NCBI RefSeq assembly: GCF_009914755.1
Contig: NC_060927.1
DNA length: 64,000 nucleotides
Source: the human T2T-CHM13v2.0 reference genome, Homo sapiens
Reading direction: 5' to 3' (one strand)
Below are positions 1 to 14,067 of this stretch, piece by piece. Under the pieces are notes generated by a model. It was not told the DNA's origin. It ran no database searches and was given only the letters and a program-made list of their open reading frames with translations. Within the stretch, counting starts at the first letter, position 1, and each line of letters begins with the position of its first letter. Both the position numbers and the translations under genes were made by a program.

Positions 1-1473
1 GTTTGATATTCATTTGAGAAAAAAAATACAACAATACCAAATTCTAAGCACCCATAATAAATATTTGTGGTACATTTCATGCTATTTAATTAGAAGTATG
101 AAGTATTTAAGAATTTATACATGTATTTAGGATAGGCAAATTTAGATCATGGGTTAAAAGAAAAACATACATTTATTTCTGAGTTCTCTTTTTTTTTTCT
201 AAAAAGCAGGATTTTTAAAGCTAATAAAATATTAAATATAGAATATGACATTAAAATAACTAGCTATCCTTTGAAGTCCAAATTTAGCCAATGCCTAGGG
301 AATATCAAATGACCTGCATAAATTGTTTTCCCAGACATCTGTCTATAGTGATAATTTCATATGTATATATTCATTTATCTTTGTTAGTGCAAGGAATGTA
401 TATGTGTGTGTGTATGCATGTGTGTGTTCCTGCTTCAAATAGGCTGCTAAAATTACTTTTTTTTCCCCTTGTAGTTGGAGAATGAACTCAGTTAGGAAAA
501 TCATTATGGATTGCCTCATTAGAGGATTCTTGAAATTGCTTACTTGTGACTACCCGCCTAGAAAGCAATCTCTTGCTCCTTTGCCAGAGCATTGGAGAAG
601 TAGGGGTTATTGAACCCTCTGTCATGTAAGGAGCTAGCAAATAAGGATGGGTTATGCTGAGAGAAAGCATACAACTCATTGTGAAGATGAATTCTGATTT
701 GCATATTGCCCCGTAGACCCTGAGAATGGAATTGTTTTTTCCAATTATAGGTTGTATAGAAATATGGCTAGATTAACAATCAGTTTTTTCTTTGAATAGT
801 GGTTTAGAGATACGAGTCTAACTTTCTCTGTGAATTGCATTATTTTGATGAATCAAAAGAGAACTTCCACAGGAAATGATACTTAGAATCATACCAGCAC
901 ACATACATCACAGCACTCAGAAATTATAACTTGAAAAGTAACCAATTTGTTCTCCCGCTGGTGTCAAAGATATTCTTTTGGATCCCTGGGGTCAGGTTAC
1001 ATCCCTTAGACTTTTTTTGTATTTCCATTGCCTACCATAATTCCTGACACCTGTAGACAATCAGTAAATGTTGATTTAAAACTTACAGTATGAGTCGATT
1101 AAGTTTAGATTTTGCCAAAATTATTCTCTGCTAATTTTAGCAGAATCACTCTTATGATATTTACCTAATATCTACTAAAATTTTAACAATGTTTCTCATA
1201 TTATTTTCAGTAGAAAGAAAAAACTTCTAGTATTATTCATTAATAAATTTATATTTTTAAAGATTTTCATTAATTATTTTTATCAGCTAAAATCAATGTG
1301 TAACTTAATTTATACAATGTCAGTTTCTTAATTTGGTGATATTTTAGACTTCAATTATCCTGGCTTACTATTTTCATTTTTTCTTTTACATGTGAGAGCA
1401 CCAAACTAAACATATAGTACTTATTAACTTTTATTAGTTATGATTATCTTTGAAAAATTTGATATAACAGTAT

Positions 1474-1565
1474 ATTCATTCATCTATCCACTCAACAAAT
1501 ATGTATTAAGGGGCTATAATGTTTTAGAAACTGTTATACACATTGGGAATACAGTTATAAAAATC
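1474..1565 (-). mobile_element. L2 LINE 3'-end fragment
   Basis: ATTCATTCATCTATCCACTCAACAAATATGTATTAAG resembles the reverse complement of the L2 3' tail; highly diverged. Confidence 0.55.
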
Positions 1566-2057
1566 AAATTATTGCTTTATTTATCATATTACCTACACTT
1601 TGAATTCTACATTCCTATGACGATTATTGACTGCCCAAATTATAAATTATTTTTCTCTTTTGTTTTTATGCAGTCTCTTTAGTCTGCTTTTAAAGAAAAT
1701 AAAACTTCATTCTACGTATTTCTGATAATATTTAAATTTAAAGGTCACTTTGAAGTCAATTTTAATATTACCCTCTGAGATTGTAGCCACTCAATTTAGT
1801 ATTATCTAAAAACAAAAATAAAACTGCTGAACCAGGATTCCTCAGTTCGTAAGTTACTTGCTCAGGTTAATGTGACCCGTTTAAAAGCTAAGTAGTACCT
1901 CAGTGTCTTGCTGAGTCGCTTTGACTGTTGGTAATTTTTATCCACTTAACAGTAGAGGTGTTGTATAGTGGATATAAGAGTTACTAGTATATAATGATTG
2001 TTGCTAACTAGTCAGTAATTTATATTTGAAAATCATTTACATGTCTTGATTTTATCA

Positions 2058-3628
<1,571 letters not shown>

Positions 3629-3740
3629 GTTTTCTTTGAAAAGTACATATTTAAAATAAATTTACTTTTATGTTAAAATAAACCAGAATAAATTTGAAAG
3701 TGAAAGCAGAAATTCTATAAATCAAACATTTTAAAGTAAA

Positions 3741-4690
3741 CTTTTTTATTTTAGCAATTTTAAGTTTATAGCAAAAATAAGCAGAAAGTGCTAAGATTTC
3801 CCGTGTACTCACTGCCTTCACACACTCATAACCTCTCCCACTATTAACATCCTTCGCCAAAGCGGTACATTTGTTAAAATTGATGAACCTACATTGACAC
3901 ATCATTGTCACCTATAGTCAATAGTTTACACTAGGGTTCACTCTTGTTACTGTACGTTTATGAGTTTGGAGAAATATATGTTGAATGTATTCACATTATA
4001 GTATCATACAGAACATTTTCAGTCTTAAAAATCTTTCTTCTGCCTATTCATTCCTTCCTCTCCTCTAGTCCCTGGCAACCAGTGATCTTTTTACTACTGT
4101 CTTTATAGTTTTGCCTTTTCCAGAATGTCATGCAGTTGGAATCATATAGTATGTAGCCTTTTCATGTTGGCTTCTTTCACTTAGAAATATGCATTTTAGT
4201 TTCCTCTATGTCTTTTCATGCTTTGATAGCTCATTTCTTCTTAATGCTGGGTAATGTCTCATTATCTGGCTATATCACAGTTTATCCATTCACCTACTGA
4301 ATACTGAAGGACATCTTAATCGCTTCTAAGTTTTGGCAATGATGAAAAAGTTTCTGTAAACAGCTGTGTGCAAGTTTATCAGTGGATACAGCTTTTAACT
4401 CCTTTGGGTAAATGCCAAGAAGTGTGATTGCTGGATCAGTGAGAAAAGGATGTTAAGCTTTGTAAGAAACTGCCAGCATGTCTCCAAAGTGGCTATGCCA
4501 CTTTGCATTCCCATCAGCATTGAATGAGTGTTCCTGTTGCTCCATATTCTTATCAGCATTTTGGTGTTTCAGTGGTCTGGATTTTGACCACTCTAAGAGG
4601 TATGTAATGGCATCTCACTGTTGTTTTAATTTAAATTTCCCTGATGGCATATAGTTGGAGTGTCTTTTAATATGCTTATTTGCCGTCTAC
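3741..4690 (-). mobile_element. L1MC1/2-like old LINE-1 3' region
   Basis: GGTACATTTGTTAAAATTGATGAACCTACATTGACACATCATTG..TAGGGTTCACTCTTG matches the L1MC 3' end; continues into antisense ORF2-end sequence (CTTTGCATTCCCATCAGC). Confidence 0.85.
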
Positions 4691-5700
4691 ATAACCAACA
4701 TGTTTTTCTTTAATAAGTATCATTATTTAAATATATTTAAATAAATAGGGCTGTGGAAATCCTTGTTACTTAAATGAGATTCAAACCTCCATATATTAGA
4801 ACGTTTATGTTAGCCTCTCCATTTATTGTTCCTTTTTTCTAAATATAAAACTCCATCAGAAGCAACTCATAGAAATCTTTCCTTCTTCTTAAACTATGTT
4901 GTTATAAGTCACATATTGGCTTTTAAATTAAATTTCATTATTTTCTGATTATAAAAAGAGAACATTATCATTACAGAAAAGTTTACTGAAGAAAAGAAAA
5001 ACCACTTGTTACTTTATTGTGCAAAGTATTAACAACTCTCACAAATGTCCTACAATTATTATATTTAAAATTATGGTTAATGCTTTAATATATTTATTGC
5101 TTTCAGTACTTTCTCAACAATAGAAAAAATAATGTGATTGGAATACAGAAAATAGATAACTTTGAATTCTTATTTATTTATTGCTTACTATTAGTCTTTG
5201 ATCATATTTCTAATCACTAAAAATCTATCCAAAATATTTTTATTACCAAATTCATACCATGATCTTAACAAAAAAATTTACTTATCTTTTTAAGACATTC
5301 AATTGGTTTCCAATATTTCATTTTCATAGAGTAGATAATACTGCAAAGAAAATCTTTAAATATAGATCATTATCTGTATCCTATGCATGTTGGGTTCCAA
5401 GTCGTGGTGTTTGAAAAAAAAAAACACGTTTGATACTTTTCAACAACTATAAATCAAGAGTAGTTGAATACATTCTTTGGCAATAGTCTTAACCAAAGTT
5501 ATGGTTAGTGATTCCCTCTTATGGGCAGTCATAGATTTTCACTCCTGTACAATTTCTAAGAAAAAAAGAGTAATAGTTAAGTGTTTGGTACCATATTTGT
5601 GAAATAAAGTATTTAAACATTTTTGCTATTTAGGGTAAATGTTTTATTTTTATATGGGCAGTATCTGCAAAAATAGACATAAAGGACACATTGATAGATC

Positions 5701-6035
5701 TTTCCTTTCCTTTTCATTTTCCTTTTCCTTTCTTTTTTGAGACAGGGTCTCACTCTGTTACCCAGGTTGTAGTGCAAGGGCATAATCACAGCTCACTGTA
5801 GCCTCAAACTCCTTGGCTCATGTGATCCTCCTGCTTCAGCCTCCCAAGTGTCTGGGACTAAAAGTGTGAGCCACCATACCTGGATAATATTTATTTATTT
5901 ATTATTTATATTTTTTGTAGAAATAGGCTCTCACTATGTTACCTAGGCTGGTCTTGAACTCTTGGGCTCAAGTGATTATCTTGCCTCGGCCTCCCAAAGT
6001 GCTGGGATTACAGGTGTAAGCCACCATGCCTGGCC
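5701..6035 (-). mobile_element. AluJ
   Basis: GAGACAGGGTCTCACTCTG..CACAGCTCACTGTAGCCTC..GGGCTCAAGTGAT are J-type features; pyrimidine-rich decayed tail. Confidence 0.93.
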
Positions 6036-6203
6036 TCATCTTATTTCTTGATAAATATGATTGCATTTTAACACCTGCTGTTCACAAAGATAGAGCTCGA
6101 TAGATAATTATCATGTAACTGGAATTCAAAATGAGTTTTGGGAAATGTATTTTGAAAGGATAAAAGAAAGTTCACAAGTGACTTAATAATGACTTACAAT
6201 GAC

Positions 6204-6500
6204 TTTTTTTTTTTTTTTTTAATGGAGTTTCACTCTTGTTGCCCAAGCTGTAGTGTAATGGAGCAATTTGAACTCACCGCAACCTCCACCTCCCAGGTTC
6301 ATGCGATTCTCCTGCCTCAGTCTCCTTAGTAGCTGGGATTACAGGCATGCACCACCACTCCTGGCTAATTTTGTGTTTTTACTAGAGATGGGGTTTCACC
6401 ATGTTGTCCAGGCTGGTCTCGGACTCCTGACCTCAGCTGATTTGCCCGCCTCGGCCTATCAAAGTGCTGGGATTACAGGTGTAAGCCACTGTGCCCGGCC
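6204..6500 (-). mobile_element. AluSp/Sq with TSD AATGACTT
   Basis: GAGTTTCACTCTTGTTGCCC and CTCACCGCAACC; TSD at 6198-6205 and 6501-6508. Confidence 0.95.
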
Positions 6501-7379
6501 AATGACTTGATTTTTGACTGAAACTGGTTTAATGTAAATTAATTTATTGTTATTTATAAGTTGCAAACAAATTCTTCTATTTTTTTGTTTCATAAATTTT
6601 CTATGTAATAGTGAAACTAATGATTTAGCAGTAAGTCGGTATGTTTTAATCATATTAATTCTTTAAGCCAAAATTATTGCAGCCAGTTAACTCAATCAAC
6701 AGTTTCATCATCCAGTATGCCATGTGTTTTGGGCCACTTGACTCCCCCTAAAATTTCCATGGACTGTCCCTAAAATCTTCATAGATTTTATACAAATAAA
6801 GAATATGTGCTAAAAAGGAACAGGTGTGATGGTATTTGCATTCTGAAAATTTTCTGTTCAGAATATTCAGTTATCAGGTGCATTAAATAGAGGGTTAAAG
6901 CAATTTAAAGTCAGACTCAAAAACATCTTCCTACCTGTATAATGTAAAAGCCAGGTGAGTTTATTTCATGTAAAACATTTTATAAATCAAAGTAGTTATT
7001 TCATTTTAATACATTATTTTTGGATTATTTCTTCCTAACAATATTCCATTAGGAGAATTGCATACATGCAATATATTTTAGATTAAAGGGCACGATTAGT
7101 ATGTTGCAATTATAAGAGGAGTATCTTAGAGTAAATGTGTTTTCTATGGCTTTTTCAGATGAGCTCCCTCTAAATTCATGAGTGGCTAAAGTAGAAAAAA
7201 TTGCAGAAGTGCATACACTTGTGTCTAATTTATATCAAATCCCTTGATTTGCTTCCCAATCCAAAGAAGGTGCTTTTTTAATTTTAGTCATAATTAGGAA
7301 ACGTGATTACTACATAACTGTAAAACTCAGAGATGAAACACACCCCACGTCATTCTTCAGCCTCTCATTTCCCTTCAGA

Positions 7380-7665
7380 ACAGGCAGTACTTAACCTCTC
7401 CAGCCTTAGGTTTCCGACTGTAAAGTTAGTAGGTTGAACTGGGCCTCTCTTATGAACTCTTTTATCTAAAATTTTATTGATCTACTTTACAAAAGCAAGT
7501 GAGTATAAAAGCCTATTTGAAGAGACAGTTACGTGTAACAAATACACTACGAGGTTGGAGTCCAGGTCTTATTTTGCCATTGAAACATTGCGACCTTAGG
7601 TCTCAGTGTGGTCACCTTTAAATGACGGTCTCTAAGATTTCTGTCTTGTCTAACACCTGTGATGA
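7380..7665 (+). mobile_element. MIR/MIR3-like fragments
   Basis: TACTTAACCTCTC..GTTTCC..CTGTAAAG and GACCTTAGGTCTCAGTG resemble the MIR core; very diverged. Confidence 0.4.
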
Positions 7666-7760
7666 TAATATAAGCATTTGGTTTGCTTATGGGGGAAAAG
7701 GAACTATGTGACTTTTATACAATGACATTGTATAACATTGTTTAAAAATGGCAATTATCA

Positions 7761-8036
7761 TGGCTCACGTCTGTAATCCCAGTACTTTGGGAGGCTGAGG
7801 CAGGCGGATCACTTGAGGTCAGGAGTTCAAGACCAGTCGAGCCAATATGGTGAAACCCCATCTTTACAGAAACACAAAAATTAGCCGGGCATGATGGCAG
7901 GTGCCTGTAATCCCAGTTATTTACGAGGCTGAGAGAGGAGAATAGCTTGAACTCAAGAGTTGGAGGTTGCAGTGAGCCAGCCTGGGAGCTTGAGCAAGAC
8001 TCTGTCCCAAAAACATAAATAAATAAATAATAAAAA
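7761..8036 (+). mobile_element. AluS (Sx/Sz-like), 5'-truncated, 21-nt right-arm deletion
   Basis: GATCACTTGAGGTCAGGAGTTCAAGACCAG; GTGAGCC joined directly to AGCCTGGG; (TAAA)n tail. Confidence 0.93.
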
Positions 8037-9637
8037 GACATATTTTATATCTTTATAGGATCTTTACAATATTGGTATCTTTATAATACCAATATTTTAA
8101 TTATTAGATTTTTTAAATATACATAAACACATAACCATAATTCTCACATGTATTCAAGTATTTCATGTATTTTTCAATCTTCAGTGTTTTCATGCCTGGA
8201 TTTTAGCATTCCTATCTTTTAAGTGATTAATAATTTTTGTAGTAATTAAATACTCAGTTTTTAATATTATGTTATTGACAAAATGAATATTATTAGAAAC
8301 AATCTAATTCATAATGCCACTTAACATGATCATTAAGATTTATGGATTGATACATTTTTCACATTACAGTTCACAATTGTATGCTAGTAATTAAAATTAT
8401 TGTCAATATTATAAATAAACATAATATTTATAATTTAATGTTTTTCTAGATTGATGCTGGTAGTCGGCAAAATTAACATCCATGAAATGCTTCATATTTT
8501 TGGTTGAGTTTTATATTACAGAGAGTCATATTTGAAATATAATCTACCATATTTAATTTTCCTCATCTTTATTTTGACTAACACTGCTTGGAAAGATAAA
8601 TATGAAATTGATTTTTATCCTCTCTTTATTAACATTCTGGATTTATAATCTTGATCCCAAATCCCCCAAATATGACAGTATTGCCTAAGTTCCAGGAAAA
8701 TACAAACAACCACATACCTCAAACATATTTTTACAAAGGAAATGTCTTCCTTGTAGAAAGACACAGTGGTGGCAAAAAGATAATTACATGTGAAAGAAAT
8801 GATGTAGCTTAGCTTGAATAGAGTGGGAGGTTATGACACGTGGTAAGAGAAATACATGAAGAATCACATGGAATTGATTTAAAAAGAAACTTTAAACAAT
8901 GCAGAATTGAGAGGAGTGACTAGAAGAAAAAAAGATGAGGAAGTAAGGAACAAAGAAGAGAGGTGGAACTATAAGCAGAAGAACAATAAATTAGCTAAAA
9001 ATAAATGCATGCAGAGACAGATACCTGATTAAGTCTAATATCATATTATTTATGTTTCATCCCTGCTGCCTCTAAATATTAGCTTATGTATACAAAACCA
9101 GAGAAGACATGTTGAAAATAGGCAAAATCTACCCATTATTCAGATTTTGTCCACACAATATTATCAGATACTGCAAAGAAGTTTTTATGCGCGTCATAAA
9201 AGAAACCATGTTAGTCATCTCAGTATTATATTTTCCTTGTTCTCTCTCCAGCCTCACCATTCTAATAGTGATGTTCTTTCCTTGTTGCTGACTTGTGAAT
9301 ATCTTTTCTTTTTCTTCTCCAGTTGTTCTTGTTCTTACATACTGACAGAATTCTCCTTCACACAATGAACTTTAAAATAATTTACACAAATGTATACTTC
9401 TGTATCACTTGATTGAATATAGCGGAGCAAATGACTACAGACTATCAAAAATCCTGCAAAGATGTCAAGGGCATTGATTTGTATATTAACAAGTACATGT
9501 ACATTTATTACAAAGAAAAATAGATAATTCACCTTTGCTTCAAAGCAAAGTGAGAGAGGGGAAGTAATCATGGTTAAGAATATTAAAAATTTAAAATAAA
9601 AGTCCACATTCTATTTAAAATAATGCTTATATATGAG

Positions 9638-9664
9638 TATATATATATATATATATATATATAT
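9638..9664. repeat. (TA)n microsatellite
   Basis: About 13 perfect TA units. Confidence 0.97.
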
Positions 9665-10429
9665 GAATATTGCCATCAGCTAAGAGGCCAGATTTCAGAG
9701 TTCAGGGATTGAAGATTTATTTTTGTTTTTGCAGCCCTTTAAGTGTTAAATATAGTATAAAAAAGTGACATAAGAATATATTTACAATATTTTCAAAAAC
9801 CTAAGACAACCTGCATGAATATTTTGAAGAGAACTTCCAATGAGAAATAGGAAGAGTAAGAAAGAAATTATTAAAGAAATTGGTATAATATCAGGAATCT
9901 CGTGGATTTAGGTAAATATAGATGCCATTTTGTGACAATATTTGCTGAGCATTTCTTCTTAATTTCCTGATATATTTAATATATAGTATGAATGCATATA
10001 CAGGTATACTAAAAAGTTTTAAATTTATGTCTTGAAACATGGTAACTGCCTAAGTTATTTTAGTCAAACTTATAATAATCACTGTGTATCTTATAAAATA
10101 AACCAATACACTTAATTGTTTCACAAGTTACATTAAAATAAACGGGTTGATTTCAGAGCAAGATTGATCTCTTGTATACCTCAAATAGGGTGTGTTTGAA
10201 GCTCTGTGTTGCACAATTATTTTATATTGTTTCTTTTAATTAAATTATGAATTGTTAACCAAATTTAAATTACATGTGTCACACACCTCCTGTATTATGC
10301 CTAGCAATTACAGGAAAACATACTTTGCTGAATTGATGCCATGGAAGAAATTATAAGGAGACAATATATACTCATACTCATCAAACCAATACTTCAATTC
10401 AGTAATCTTTGGAACAGCTATTGTATAAC

Positions 10430-11474
10430 CTCACTATTCTCTCCAGCCTCATTCCCATTTCTCTGCATCCGTTAACAGCCAAACTACTCAAAACAGGTAT
10501 TTTCAATGCTTTCTCTTCTTTCTTTCTCCAACTCTTTCCATTCAGTTTTTATTCCCACTGCTTCACTATTTTGCTTTTGTCAAGATCACCAGTGCCTTCC
10601 ACATTGTTAAATCAACTTTTCTATTTCTCATTTTTCATATTTCTTATTACTTGACCGATTTGCAGTTTTCTACACAACTGATTAACAACCTACCTCCATG
10701 TCTTGACTTTACTGCAATGTACCTGGCTGCCCTTTAACTGTCTCTTTGCTCCTTCCCTTCTCACTGATTTGTGACTGTGGAATATTCTGTGTCTGTCCCT
10801 GGATCTCTTTTTCCCTTGTGATCACTTGGTGATCTCTTCCAGCCTCATAGGTTTGAAGGTCATCTATATGCCGGCAACACCCAAACTTGTGTTTCTTGCT
10901 CAGGTATTTCGGTTGCCATCTACTCAGGATCTCCTCATAGATGTTAGATAGGTATCTCAGATTTAATGAGCCCCCCAAATTGCATCTGTTTTCCATTCCA
11001 CTATCTCATTCCTTCCACAGTATTTACCATCTCAGTATTGCTGATTTCAGCTGTCCAGTTGCTTGGCTCCAAAGCCTAAGGCCAACCTTCTCTCTTTCAC
11101 ACTCCACTTTCAACCTATTAAGAAATCTTATTGGCTCTGCTTTAAATTATATTGTTTCTGATTATATTTTAGCACCTATAGAACTTGTACTCTGACATAA
11201 GCTGCCAACATGTCTTTTCCGAAAAAGCTGCGTTTTTGGCTTCTATTCTTGAGCTTGCCCACCCTAAATCTATGCTCAATGCAGCAACCAGAGTGATTGT
11301 TTGAATATCAGAGTAACTTGTTTCCTTGCTTAAACCTTCTCAAAGGCATTCCACTTCTATCAAATGAAAATAAAATCTAATAAAAATATTAAAACTGGAT
11401 TTATAAGTTGTCCAAACTCACCTCCCACTGCTCTTCCAGTTTAGTAACTGGCTTCTTGTCTTTTCCTACACACT

Positions 11475-11505
<31 letters not shown>

Positions 11506-11870
11506 GCCCCAAGCCTTTCAACCTTACTGTTCTCTCCACATTTGGAATAAAGTTCTCTGAGATATCCCCATAGATCACTTCTTCAACTCTTTAAAATAAC
11601 ATTTTGTAAATAGAGCTTTCGTGACCACCTCATTTCGTTTTGCTGTTCCCAACCCCCATTCCCACAGTTCCTATCCTCCTGTCCTACTCAATTTTTATTA
11701 TAGTGTCTGTCAACATATAACATACACTTGACTTGTTTTCTATATTATATGACTCTGAATTTTAGAAAATAAGCTCCATGAATGTCAGACTTTTTGTCAT
11801 TCTAGCTTCCACTATATAGCCTGTATAAAACAATTCCTTGAACACTTTTATTTGTTTAATTAATTAATAT
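10430..11870 (+). mobile_element. L2 LINE, about 1.4 kb, RT region through 3' end
   Basis: GCTTTTGTCAAGATCACCAGTG and TTACTTGACC..GCAG..ACACAACTGAT are degenerate KVTNDL and LDLSAAFDTVDH; CATCTATATGCCGGCAACACCCAA is degenerate HLYADDTQ; AAGCTCCATGAATGTCAGACT marks the 3' end. Confidence 0.8.
11475..11501. repeat. (CA)n microsatellite within L2
   Basis: About 13 CA units. Confidence 0.97.
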
Positions 11871-12099
11871 AAGGCATTGAGGAAGAAAATATACACTGTC
11901 TCTGTCCAGTGGGAGTTGCAGTCTAGCACAGAAAATATTCTCATCATATTCTTCTTGAATCTGAGTGAGTAGATGTAAATTTTTAGAACAGTGTCTAGAG
12001 CATGATAAAGACTGTGTATATTATCAGTATTATTAGCCTCAAACTATCAACAATGTCATCATTATCATGATCATAACTATTACTAAATGAGTACATATA

Positions 12100-12285
12100 C
12101 TGTGTATATAGTCCCAGCAACAACCCTGTAAAAGAGTAGTTTTTGATATCTTCGTTTTGTTGACGAGTAAACCGAAACTTAGGGAATTTCAATGATTTGC
12201 CTAAGGAAACAGAGATAGTATGCTACAAAGTTAAAATGAAAATTTAAAACACCCTGCATCCAGTGCTTGCAATTTTTCATTAAAC
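12100..12285 (-). mobile_element. MIR SINE
   Basis: CAACAACCCTGTAAAAG..GACGAGTAAACCGAAACTTAGGGAA..GATTTGCCTAAGG is the antisense MIR core. Confidence 0.75.
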
Positions 12286-12619
12286 TAGGCTGATTCACCA
12301 TCAAGGGTGGCATAAAAATATTTTAACTTACTAATAAAATACTATATGCAGTACATAGTCATGAACGTGTATTTAAGTTGTATAAATTGTGCCACAGATG
12401 TGAAATGTAATCCAACAGAGTTCTCAAAATGTAGTTTGTGAAATGAGATCTAAATACATTGTCTGTAATGAGATTAAGTAGATAAAACATACTGTTGTAT
12501 AAAAATATAATATTATAATATGTACATTTATAAATCTTAGCTTGAATTTGATTTGATTAATATTTTTTGAAAAACAATAAGAAATATGGTTTCTTGCCTT
12601 CAGGAACTTGCATTATTTA

Positions 12620-12870
12620 TCTATGCATTTATCCCATCAATAAGCATTTATTAAATGCCTAAAATACATTAACATTTTGGAAATAAGAAGAAAACATAAA
12701 AGAAACTTCCATCTCAAGGAATTAATAGTGGGAGGGACAGAAATAAAGAGATGATTACTCTGCAATTTGATAAAGGCTGTGACTGAAGTACAAACAGAGT
12801 GCAGTTAGAGAACTGGTTGCCTTTTTAGAAAAGGTAACTATAACTTGAGGGTTTTAAAAAGCCAAGTAGA
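12620..12870 (-). mobile_element. L2 fragment
   Basis: CATCAATAAGCATTTATTAAATGCCTA..CCATCTCAAGGAATT resembles the antisense L2 3' region. Confidence 0.5.
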
Positions 12871-13129
12871 TGAAAGTGAATAAATCTTTTTTTGAAACAA
12901 AATAAAACTGTACTGTTACATGCAATATACTACAAATTTATACTTTATTAGACTGTATTGCAAATATATGCATCCTGAAAACTTCAGACCAGAGATGAAG
13001 CTTCTACAAATATTTTACAAATATTTATCTGATCTTAATGATTTCAGGCGAGGTGTATGTACACTAGATAGTCATTAACTCCTGAGAGGTAAATAACTTT
13101 TTCATTCTACCCTGTGGTATCATTTTTGA

Positions 13130-13260
13130 TACTTATTTTCTCTAGTAGGCTGTAAATTTATTAAAGATGAATATTAGCTTCTTCCTTCTCTTGACTCATC
13201 ACTGTTTTTATTACAGGGTCTAAACACAGAAGAGATTCAGTGAGTGAATGAATGAAAAAT
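13130..13260 (+). mobile_element. L2 3'-end fragment
   Basis: CTAGTAGGCTGTAAATT..GAGTGAATGAATGAA tail. Confidence 0.45.
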
Positions 13261-13621
13261 GAACTGTATTACTCAGTGATACAAAATAAAGGTGTAATCT
13301 GAGCCTGGGTATTAATTTAATAAAAATTTACAGAAGAGTTATATATTCAGCAAAGTCTATAAGAAGACATAAAAATGCCCCATAGTTGTACTTTCAGTGC
13401 ATTATTTATGTTAAAGCAAGACCATGGTCAATAGCATCTTTCCGAATGATGAGTTCCTCTGACTTCAGAAAATCTGTCTTGTAGCACCATTTAACCACTG
13501 ACTCTTGCAGAAATTTAAACATTTGCTCTGCTTTTCAGCTTTTCTTGTTTGAAAAATAATTAGCATTTGAAGATAAGGATAAAAGGATTATTATAATATT
13601 TTATAAAAGTGTGTGTGTGAG

Positions 13622-13935
<314 letters not shown>

Positions 13936-14022
13936 ATGAACGATTTTTAGTGCCTCTTCAGTCATATATTTATACATCACTCTGGTAGCTAAATATTTAA
14001 ATGACTTAAGCCTAATATGTAT

Positions 14023-14025
<3 letters not shown>

Positions 14026-14065
<40 letters not shown>
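14026..14065. repeat. (AT)20 microsatellite
   Basis: 40 bp of perfect alternating AT. Confidence 0.97.
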
Positions 14066-14067
<2 letters not shown>

